This document shows, piece by piece, positions 37,777-45,392 of a stretch of DNA of 64,000 nucleotides. Source of the DNA: Candidatus Fermentibacteraceae bacterium (GTDB lineage Bacteria; Fermentibacterota; Fermentibacteria; Fermentibacterales; JCC-6); contig JBGSZS010000018.1 in the NCBI GenBank assembly GCA_041750285.1, forward strand, positions 306,329 through 370,328, read 5' to 3'. Below the pieces are notes generated by a model that did no database searches, was not told the DNA's origin, and saw nothing but the letters and a program-made list of their open reading frames with translations. The position numbers were made by a program, and so were the translations under genes. Every line of letters begins with the position of its first letter. Positions within the stretch are counted from its first letter, which is position 1.

Positions 37777-38895
37777 GTACTCGGCAATGGGGTCGACTGG
37801 GAGGTTGCTGGTTTCGCGCCAATGCTGGACAACGGGACGGACATCGGTGACGAAGGCATCACGGAGAACACGGTTGGCTCCTGTCACGTCGGGTGTCTCC
37901 TGAAGCTGCTTGAGTTCGTCGGGGTTGACCAGAGACGCACGGGCCAGGGCGTGCAGCGTGTTCTCCACGGCAGTGAGCATGTTCTCCATGGGGTCGTCCA
38001 CCCGGGTCTCGACCTTCACCTCGATGGCAAGCTTGTCGAGGGCGCACAAACCCGCCCTTTCAGCATTGAGCAGGTTGAGGAAGAAGCGGAAGAGCGCTCC
38101 GGCGTCCATGGAGCCGGCCGGCAGGGCACCCATGCCGAGCCGGTTGTCGCTGATGGCAACACGGCCAAGGATCTTCTGGTGAAGCATGGAGACCATGACG
38201 CTGTCGAGGCTTTCACCGGGCAGAAGGCTTCCTGTATCGAGAAGAAGCTTGCAGGAAGGATCGGTTTCCCGGCAGAGCCACGCCGCAGTACCCCAGTCGG
38301 GAACCGCCGTGCAGAAGTATGTCGGGTTGTAAGGGCGGAACCCGAGAAGCATGCTCTCACTCTTGCGGATCTTCAGGCCGATCTGGCGCATTCCCTTGAG
38401 TATGGAGTCCAGCATCTCAACGGTGTTCTTCTCACCGGGGGAATCGGCTCCGTCGGGTATCCAGAGAAGGAGCTGTCGGCAGTTGATGTCCCGCATGAGC
38501 TGCTGAACGCTGAGAATGTTGTTGATGCTTGCCACCCTTACCTCGGGGTAGGGGCTGGTAAGCGTTCCATACATGAGCCGGTGGTTCAGCACACCCCGCT
38601 TGCGTGGAACCATGGAGTTCACGGCCAGGGTGACCGGTGTGAGGTGGCGTTCCTCGAGGATCCTGTTGACTTCTTCCGTGTCTTCCTTCTTCTGGATGTC
38701 GAGAGGGAATTCGAGGACAACTTCCCTGCACTTTCCGGTTATCTCGGCGAGCATGGCCACATTCGTAAGCCTGGACTCCACTGTTTCAGGGTCATCGTCG
38801 GTGGTGAACCTGGCGAGATTCGTGCCGGCCCGTGATAGAGACCTGGTGGAGACGACAAGCTTCAACGAGTCGAGTATTTCAGACACAGTTTGCAT
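37753..38895 (-). CDS. L-rhamnose/xylose isomerase-like TIM barrel, metal-site motifs degenerate
   Basis: W.PDG...PG, PDWGTA, AF.TDVRP, P.DP..Y frame of L-rhamnose isomerases. Confidence 0.75.
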   Translation of the reverse strand: MQTVSEILDSLKLVVSTRSLSRAGTNLARFTTDDDPETVESRLTNVAMLAEITGKCREVVLEFPLDIQKKEDTEEVNRILEERHLTPVTLAVNSMVPRKRGVLNHRLMYGTLTSPYPEVRVASINNILSVQQLMRDINCRQLLLWIPDGADSPGEKNTVEMLDSILKGMRQIGLKIRKSESMLLGFRPYNPTYFCTAVPDWGTAAWLCRETDPSCKLLLDTGSLLPGESLDSVMVSMLHQKILGRVAISDNRLGMGALPAGSMDAGALFRFFLNLLNAERAGLCALDKLAIEVKVETRVDDPMENMLTAVENTLHALARASLVNPDELKQLQETPDVTGANRVLRDAFVTDVRPVVQHWRETSNLPVDPIAEYRGRTKKD

Positions 38896-38916
38896 GCAGC
38901 GACCCCTTTCGCCGTT

Positions 38917-39486
38917 TCATATTCCTAACTCTGGTGCTATTCTTTTCATGGCTTTCAAAGCCAGTTCAACGAAGTCATCAACACTGAAACCCGCCAGGGT
39001 ACACTCCATTATGCGGGTCCTGTCAACGTTGCGGGCAAAGCCGGACTTGCCCATGCGTTTCACCACCGAGGCCGCCTCGACCGGTGCAAGCTTCCTCTCC
39101 GGATAGATCAGCGCCGTAGCGCTTATCAGACCAGTTACGGACTCAGCGGCGCTGAGAAGATAATCAAGATCCGAGGTTCTCACCGCACCGTTCAACTGAC
39201 CATTGTGGGCTACAATGGCATGGACGAAGGATTCCGGCAGAATGCCTTCGAGCATCTTCCCGGCCACTACTCCGTGCTTCGAGTGATCATCACCGATGAG
39301 TTCCATGTCCACATCGTGAAGCATGCCCGCGGACTCCCATATCTCCGGCGACCCTTCGTTCAAGGCTCGGGCCAGGTCACCCATGATCGCAGCCGTGGCG
39401 AGACAGTGCCGATAAAGGCTTTCGCTTTTGACGTATTTTCTGAACAGGTCCCTGGCGTCAGCCGGGGAGATTCCAGAGTCGGCCAT
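38917..39486 (-). CDS. HD-domain (HDIG) hydrolase
   Basis: RHCL, GMLHDVD, HG, AHN. Confidence 0.88.
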   Translation of the reverse strand: MADSGISPADARDLFRKYVKSESLYRHCLATAAIMGDLARALNEGSPEIWESAGMLHDVDMELIGDDHSKHGVVAGKMLEGILPESFVHAIVAHNGQLNGAVRTSDLDYLLSAAESVTGLISATALIYPERKLAPVEAASVVKRMGKSGFARNVDRTRIMECTLAGFSVDDFVELALKAMKRIAPELGI

Positions 39487-40996
39487 TCCAGCAACCCTCC
39501 AACCTGAGCAGGTAATCGTTCCTGCCGTCTTCGATCATGGTAAAAGCCGAGCCTAAGGCTTTGGCCAAATCTGTGGGAAGAAGCGAACGGGGTGAGCCGG
39601 ATGACGCCTGGATGTCGCCGGCCAGTCCGTGTACGAACGCTGCGAGTGCGGAAGCGTCCGAAGTGGAGAGCCCCTGGGCGATGAGTCCTGCCACCAGACC
39701 TGACAGGACGTCGCCGCTGCCACCCGTTGCCATCCCGTGGTTGCCGGAAGGATTGAGTATCCTGCCACCTTCAGGAAGGAACACCTGGCTTGGCTTCCCC
39801 TTCAGCAATACGGGACATGAAGTGGCTGAAGACAGCTTTGCCGCGGCATCGAAACGTTTTGCGATCTCGGTGGTGCAGCCGGTGAGCCTCGAAAGCTCTC
39901 CCGGGTGGGGTGTGAGGACCACGTTCTGCCTTGCAGGAAGAATGTCAGCCATTCGCTTGTCCATTACATTCAGGGCGTCGGCGTCCAGAACAAGTGGAAG
40001 TCTCCACTGTTCAAGCACGTATCTCACGATCTTGGTCGTTCCGACATCGTTCCCGAGACCGGGCCCGACGACCGCAACGGAGAAGTCTGCAGGATCAGGA
40101 AGGGATGTCACGTCGCCCGGAAGGAAATAGCTGCAGAGGGCTTCGGGAATCCTTCCGCTCACTGCTGATGCCGCAGGAAGCGGAACGCAGATCTCCACAA
40201 GACCAGCCCCGCTTCGGAGCGCTCCGAGTGCAGCCAACAGCGCCGCACCGGGCATCCGTTCCGATCCCGCCAGCAACAGCACCTTTCCGAAAACGCCCTT
40301 GTGCGCATCGGGGGGGCGCTTGGGAAGCAATGCCCTTGCCCTGGGAATGTCCATGATCTCACGAAGATGGTTCACATGCACTGGTATGCCGATATCGGCA
40401 AGGAAAAGGGCACCGGTGTGGCCACAGCCGGGAGGCAGGAAAAGACCGAGCTTCGGGGCTGCGAAGGTCAACGTTACATCTGCCCTGAGAGCTGCGGCAT
40501 CGGCTTCCCCGGTAAGGCCGTTGACTCCGGTGGGACAATCAACGGAGAGGATGGGACATCCCGCTGGAAGGAAGGTCTCCAAGGCCCCCAGGATCTGACC
40601 TCTAAGGTGTCCCGCAAAACCGGTTCCCAGGAGCGCGTCGATCAAAAGCGACGGCTTGAAGGGAGGCTCGGAGCATTCAAAGCCGCCCTTTGCACGATAG
40701 GCATCGCGATTGAGCAGGCAATCGGGAGAACAGGCCTGGTCTTCCTGGAATGCGGCGTGGACGGATACCGGGTATCCCCTCTGAAGCAGGATCCTTGCAG
40801 CCACGTAGCCGTCTCCGCCGTTGTTACCCGGCCCGGCAAGAACCATTACGGGGAGCTTTTCTCCTGCAAGCATGCGCTCCGCAGTGTCGGCAATGGCTGC
40901 ACCCGCCCTTTCCATGAGAAGGGCGCCGGGGGTTCCGTTGGCGATGGCTGTTCTGTCCAGTTCGGACATTTCCTGCGGTGTCACCCAGTATGTCAT
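39458..40996 (-). CDS. nnr: Bifunctional NAD(P)HX epimerase/dehydratase
   Basis: LMERAG, GPGNNGGDG, HKG.FG, GPGLG, TPHPGE, GGSGDVL. Confidence 0.93.
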   Translation of the reverse strand: MTYWVTPQEMSELDRTAIANGTPGALLMERAGAAIADTAERMLAGEKLPVMVLAGPGNNGGDGYVAARILLQRGYPVSVHAAFQEDQACSPDCLLNRDAYRAKGGFECSEPPFKPSLLIDALLGTGFAGHLRGQILGALETFLPAGCPILSVDCPTGVNGLTGEADAAALRADVTLTFAAPKLGLFLPPGCGHTGALFLADIGIPVHVNHLREIMDIPRARALLPKRPPDAHKGVFGKVLLLAGSERMPGAALLAALGALRSGAGLVEICVPLPAASAVSGRIPEALCSYFLPGDVTSLPDPADFSVAVVGPGLGNDVGTTKIVRYVLEQWRLPLVLDADALNVMDKRMADILPARQNVVLTPHPGELSRLTGCTTEIAKRFDAAAKLSSATSCPVLLKGKPSQVFLPEGGRILNPSGNHGMATGGSGDVLSGLVAGLIAQGLSTSDASALAAFVHGLAGDIQASSGSPRSLLPTDLAKALGSAFTMIEDGRNDYLLRLEGCWNGRLWNLPG

Positions 40997-41400
40997 TGCA
41001 GATCCTCCCCTGATCCACATCCTGTTTCCAGTATTGCAAATGCAACCGCAAGTGTTTCCGTGCTGTCCGCGGAAACATGGAATCGGCCCCTGCCCGCAAG
41101 TTCCGCTGCTGTTCCGTAAAGATTGACCCTGTGTCCTCCCTCAAGGATCTGGACGACCTGAATGTCCTGCCAGGAAACCCCCTGGGATATCCCGGTTCCC
41201 AGGGCCTTCGACACCGCTTCCTTCAAGGCGAAGGCCATAGCCATGTCTCTTGGGGACCCCAGATCCGGAATCTCATCGGGCCGGAACAGCTTGCTTATCA
41301 GTCTGTCGTGACATGGATCGGCAATCCGTCCGAAACGGGATACATCCACCATGTCTACGCCAGTTCTCACAACAGCCTCCGAGTGGTCGAAGAAATCCAT
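40993..41400 (-). CDS. acpS: Holo-ACP synthase
   Basis: GVDMV, FALKEAVSKALGTG. Confidence 0.85.
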   Translation of the reverse strand: MDFFDHSEAVVRTGVDMVDVSRFGRIADPCHDRLISKLFRPDEIPDLGSPRDMAMAFALKEAVSKALGTGISQGVSWQDIQVVQILEGGHRVNLYGTAAELAGRGRFHVSADSTETLAVAFAILETGCGSGEDLQ

Positions 41401-41431
41401 TATTTGACCATACTAACCAGAGAAGGAAATG

Positions 41432-42436
41432 TCAGCAGCACAGCCGCGTAAGCTCCTCTCCGCTCCATCGGGCAAAGGCGTTGCAGGACAGCGGAGAACA
41501 TGCAGCAGGGTTGAAGTCGAGTTCAGCCAGCGCTGCTCTGCCAACCATGACTGCGTTGTCGGTGGTGTGTTCCATCGGGGGGAGCAGGAGATCGACTCCT
41601 GCACGGGCTGCTTCCGCTGCCAGGCTTTCCCTGAGAAGTGAGTTGGCGGTAACTCCGCCTGCAGCGATCACTGATACGGCACGAAGCCTTCGTGCCTGGA
41701 AAAAGAGCTTTCTGGTAAGAATTCCGCATACACGTGCCCTGAAGGAGGCGGCCATGTCCTCGGGGGAGTATCGCCCCGATTCCCAGGCGAGACGAACGGC
41801 CGTCTTCAGTCCGCTGAAACTGAACTCGGGGCTGTGTCCGGCACCGAGGGGTGACGGCAGGTCGACAGCGTCGGGATTCCCGGTCCTGGCCAGAAGGTCG
41901 AGCGCCCTGCCACCGGGATAGCCCAGATTCATGAGCTTGGCGGTCTTGTCAAAGGCCTCACCCGCAGCGTCATCCCTTGTGCAGCCCAGCATTGTGCAAG
42001 CATTCCAGCCCGTCATGAAGAACAGGGCCGTGTGCCCACCGCTGACAAGCAGGGCCACCGCTGGAAACCTGACCTTGTTCACCCTTGAATAATGGATGTG
42101 AATGTGGGCTGCCAGATGGTTGATTCCCAAAAAAGGTCTTTTCAAAGCCATTGCCGCCGCTTTTGTGAACGAGAGACCCACAAGGAGCGAACCCACGAGC
42201 CCCGGCCCCGCCGTGGCGGAGAAACACCCGACATCTCCCATGGATGCGCCTGCAGAGGCCAGAAGCCGGTTCACCATGCCGGGGAGTACTTCCATATGAA
42301 GCCTGGAAGCAATCTCGGGGACCACACCACCCATCTGGGAAGGCTGGGTGAAGACCTCCTGGGCCAGTACGCGGCCTTCGGCATCCAGCAATGCCGCAGC
42401 TGAATCGTCGCAGGAGGTCTCCACCGCCAGGAGCAT
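41432..42436 (-). CDS. tsaD: tRNA N6-threonylcarbamoyltransferase
   Basis: ETSCDD, GGVVPE, HLAAH, SGGHT, DDAAGEAFDK, TDNA. Confidence 0.95.
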   Translation of the reverse strand: MLLAVETSCDDSAAALLDAEGRVLAQEVFTQPSQMGGVVPEIASRLHMEVLPGMVNRLLASAGASMGDVGCFSATAGPGLVGSLLVGLSFTKAAAMALKRPFLGINHLAAHIHIHYSRVNKVRFPAVALLVSGGHTALFFMTGWNACTMLGCTRDDAAGEAFDKTAKLMNLGYPGGRALDLLARTGNPDAVDLPSPLGAGHSPEFSFSGLKTAVRLAWESGRYSPEDMAASFRARVCGILTRKLFFQARRLRAVSVIAAGGVTANSLLRESLAAEAARAGVDLLLPPMEHTTDNAVMVGRAALAELDFNPAACSPLSCNAFARWSGEELTRLCC

Positions 42437-42438
42437 CT

Positions 42439-42885
42439 CTACTCCTGTGGAGACACCTTGACGGTGACCTTCCCGTGAAGATCGCCGAACACCTTCACCT
42501 GGACTTCGAATTCGCCGATCTGCTTGATGTGGGTATCAAGGATGATCTGCTTCCTGTCGAACTTGAAGCCCTTCTCTTCCAGTGCCTGGGTGATCTCCCT
42601 CTCGCCGATACCGCCGTAGAGTTGGCCGGCACCGTCAGCCGTTGCGTGAAGCGTTATCACCGTGCCGTCGAGCTTCGATGCGATCTCCCTGGCCTCGGCA
42701 CTGACCAGGTCCTTCTTTTCCTTGGCCTTTGCCCTGTAAGTGCTGGCCATCTTCATGGCCCCGGTCGTGCAGGCCACGGCAAGGTTTCTTGGATACAGAA
42801 AATTCCGGGCGTACCCGGGAGAGACGTTCACAACCTCCCCGGCTTCTCCGAGGGTGTCAACCGTCTTGGTCAGCAGGACCTTCAT
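42439..42885 (-). CDS. rplI: 50S ribosomal protein L9
   Basis: MKVLL, LG..GEVV.V.PGYARNFL.P. Confidence 0.96.
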   Translation of the reverse strand: MKVLLTKTVDTLGEAGEVVNVSPGYARNFLYPRNLAVACTTGAMKMASTYRAKAKEKKDLVSAEAREIASKLDGTVITLHATADGAGQLYGGIGEREITQALEEKGFKFDRKQIILDTHIKQIGEFEVQVKVFGDLHGKVTVKVSPQE

Positions 42886-43664
42886 TTGTCCAACCTTTCC
42901 ACTTTCATGTCAATTCTTCTTCTGAAGTCAAACCAGGTGTCAAGAACACCTGTCAGGGCAACCGCCCCGAGCATGAACGGGGTCGCCAAAAGAAGCGCGA
43001 CCGTCAGGACAACAGCCATGCCTGGATAAGAGGCGGCCCATCTCAAAACAACCGCACCACCCTCGATCAGGTAGGGCAGCGCCATGAAGAGCAGCACGTT
43101 GTCGGCCATTCGGGCCGCAACCGGAGGAAGGGCGTCGGAAAAGACCCGGGCCAGGAGACAGGCTATCAGCACCCAGGCGGTTTCCCATCTGAGCGCGAAC
43201 CTGACGGAAGGGCCGAAGCAATCCCTTTTCATCACCCTCAGGAACAACACGGCCGCAATGCAGCCCAGGGAGATCTGAACAGCTCCCATTCCCGGTGAGA
43301 GGTACTCCATCGTGGAGAAAACCTCACCTATCAGAGCCGGCTCCACACCCATGTCCGCATACAGCCGGGTGAGCGGTTCCATGTCATCCAGATGCAGGTT
43401 CATGAAAACCGGATCCGGATCTGCCGGCAGGGATGCCCCAATCACCGTGACCGCAGCTGCGAGCGCAATGGTTCTTGTCGTACCCGCCCTTTTGCGAAGG
43501 CAAAGGGCAAGCGTTGCGGAACACAGAACCGTCATGATCCCGGCCTGCGGTCCCATGAGGAAGCCCATGATTCCGGCGAAAAGAAAACCCAGGGGGATCA
43601 TTACAGGCCTGTTTCCGGACATGATCCCTGCCGCAACGCCGGCCACGAGGAAGGGAACTCCCAT
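42882..43664 (-). CDS. DUF2232/YybS-like membrane protein
   Basis: Multi-TM, G..D.WFDFR C-terminus; position between rpsR and rplI; true start may be upstream. Confidence 0.75.
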   Translation of the reverse strand: MGVPFLVAGVAAGIMSGNRPVMIPLGFLFAGIMGFLMGPQAGIMTVLCSATLALCLRKRAGTTRTIALAAAVTVIGASLPADPDPVFMNLHLDDMEPLTRLYADMGVEPALIGEVFSTMEYLSPGMGAVQISLGCIAAVLFLRVMKRDCFGPSVRFALRWETAWVLIACLLARVFSDALPPVAARMADNVLLFMALPYLIEGGAVVLRWAASYPGMAVVLTVALLLATPFMLGAVALTGVLDTWFDFRRRIDMKVERLDK

Positions 43665-43738
43665 GATGAAGGACAGACTGCCCCACAGAAGGGCTTTCCA
43701 CCTTCTTCCTCTGGCTTCCCGGAAAACGGCGGGAGTGT

Positions 43739-43990
43739 CTATCTGAAGTGCTCCCGGGTGAAGGGGGCCATCGCCAGGAAACGGGCAATCTTGATCTGCC
43801 CCGCGACCATTCTCTGGTGACGCGCGCAGTTCCCGCTGACCCTGCGGGCCACGATCTTGCCGCGGTCGGAGACGTAGCGTTGAATGACACGCTCATTCTT
43901 GTAGCTTATCTCCACATCGGGGTTGAGACAGAAGCGGCACTTCTTCTTCCTGAGGAGCTTTATCTTTTTTCTCGGCTTCTTTGCAGCCAT
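43739..43990 (-). CDS. rpsR: 30S ribosomal protein S18
   Basis: CRFC, GKI..RR.SG.CARHQR. Confidence 0.96.
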   Translation of the reverse strand: MAAKKPRKKIKLLRKKKCRFCLNPDVEISYKNERVIQRYVSDRGKIVARRVSGNCARHQRMVAGQIKIARFLAMAPFTREHFR

Positions 43991-43993
43991 GTT

Positions 43994-44365
43994 TCACATG
44001 CCTCCGTGTTCGATTGATTTTGTGAGGAGCTCAATCCTTCTTGCCTTGAGAACCATCCAGTGGTGCACCAGCTTGGTGTTTCTGTCCTGTTTCTGTCTTC
44101 CAGCCACCTGGGCCTCGATGAAAACAGGCTCACCCGGCTTCAGAAGTTCATCGCACCTCTCGGCCAGATCACCCCATATCTCAACTGAAATCTCTCCCGT
44201 TGAAACATGCGCTTCTCCGGTTTCTGAATGCCCGGTCTCGGAGTTCTCGAGTACCAGAGTGATGACCGGAACCCCGATGTAGGTTCGGGAAAGGTCGGTG
44301 CGCCTCAGTACCCTTCCCGTAAGAAGAACGAGGTTCAGCAAAGGAGGATTGGCGTCAGGCGTCAC
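43994..44365 (-). CDS. Second SSB-like/PriB-like OB-fold protein
   Basis: LN.V.L.G, VEIWG..AE, L..G.PV.IE; no acidic tail. Confidence 0.75.
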   Translation of the reverse strand: MTPDANPPLLNLVLLTGRVLRRTDLSRTYIGVPVITLVLENSETGHSETGEAHVSTGEISVEIWGDLAERCDELLKPGEPVFIEAQVAGRQKQDRNTKLVHHWMVLKARRIELLTKSIEHGGM

Positions 44366-44374
44366 TTGTCGTTC

Positions 44375-44818
44375 CTAGAACGGGATGTCGTCGTCGTAGA
44401 CAGGTTCATCCGCCATGTCCCTCTCGGGTGGGGGGGAATCGTCCACGGGATGCACATCGGAACTCCGCTCGCCCTCTTCCCGCTCGAGGAACTGGATTCT
44501 CCGCGCGAGTATCTCGAGAACATTCCGGGTGGTTCCATCCTGCGCTTTCCAGGACCTTGTCTGAAGCTCACCCTCAAGCATCACCGGGCTTCCCTTCCTG
44601 AGCCTTTCGGCGGCGATCTCGGCGGTCTTTCGCCAGCAGACGACATCGACGTAGCAGGTCTTCTTGTGGAATTCGTTGTCCCGTCCCTTGTAGAACTGGT
44701 TGCTTGCCACCCTGAAGTTCGTGACGTGAACTCCGTTTTCAAGGATGTTCTGTCTGGGGTCGTCGGTCAGGTTGCCGGAGATGACCACCATGTTCAGGGA
44801 AGGCATGCGGATGTTCAT
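44375..44818 (-). CDS. ssb: Single-stranded DNA-binding protein
   Basis: LN.V...GNLT.DP, GSPV.LEGELQTR.W, C-terminal DDIPF. Confidence 0.95.
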   Translation of the reverse strand: MNIRMPSLNMVVISGNLTDDPRQNILENGVHVTNFRVASNQFYKGRDNEFHKKTCYVDVVCWRKTAEIAAERLRKGSPVMLEGELQTRSWKAQDGTTRNVLEILARRIQFLEREEGERSSDVHPVDDSPPPERDMADEPVYDDDIPF

Positions 44819-45144
44819 TCCTCTTCCTCCTCTTCCCCAAAGGATGCTGAAGGACCTTCGTCCCCCGTCTTCAGGGTAAGGTGGCGCAGGGACTTCTCAT
44901 TGATCCTGAGCATCTTGTCCAGGGCGTCTATGGTCTGCGACGCGCCGTCCCAGCGGAAGAACGTGTAGATGCCTTCGGTCTGTTTCTTGATGGGATAGGC
45001 GAGCTGTCTGCGTCCCCAGACATCGATGCCTTTGTACTCCGAGCCGCTTGCCCTGATGATTTCGACGATCCTGCCGTTTTCGGTTTCCTGTTCCGATTCG
45101 GACAGACTGGGCGCCCAGATGACCACGGTTTCGTAACTGCGCAA
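44815..45144 (-). CDS. rpsF: 30S ribosomal protein S6
   Basis: YE.VVI, WGRRQLAYPIKK..EG.Y; TTG start after AGGAGG. Confidence 0.95.
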   Translation of the reverse strand: MRSYETVVIWAPSLSESEQETENGRIVEIIRASGSEYKGIDVWGRRQLAYPIKKQTEGIYTFFRWDGASQTIDALDKMLRINEKSLRHLTLKTGDEGPSASFGEEEEEE

Positions 45145-45149
45145 GCTTG

Positions 45150-45296
45150 AAGCCTCCTTCCGGCCACAACTGGAAACAAACACCGGCCCGGAAAAAGGCT
45201 TGAACAATCGGATGTTCAGGTGCCACCCCCGGACCGGTGAACAACATCGTTCAGTGTTTTCACTTCGGCTCCACCACAGGGGTGGAGCAGGCAGCA
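45150..45296 (-). promoter_or_regulatory. Structured rpsF leader, possible S6:S18-binding element
   Basis: GCUCCACC/GGUGGAGC stem followed by CCG-type bulge; extra hairpins. Confidence 0.45.
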
Positions 45297-45302
45297 GCCC
45301 CG

Positions 45303-45330
45303 AGTATGCACAAAAAGAAGCAAAGGTCAA
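45303..45330 (-). promoter_or_regulatory. Promoter of rpsF operon
   Basis: TTGACC, 16 bp, CATACT. Confidence 0.55.
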
Positions 45331-45346
45331 GGCCCGCTCAACTATA

Positions 45347-45377
45347 GGGAAGGGGGGCGCCGAAACGCCCCCCTTCC
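45347..45377 (-). terminator. Hairpin after gingipain gene
   Basis: GGAAGGGGGGCG/CGCCCCCTTCC. Confidence 0.6.
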
Positions 45378-45392
45378 AGGGAAACCTGCGTA

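Noticed and set aside
45150..45296. 6S RNA candidate
   Set aside because: Lacks end-to-end rod pairing; better explained as rpsF leader
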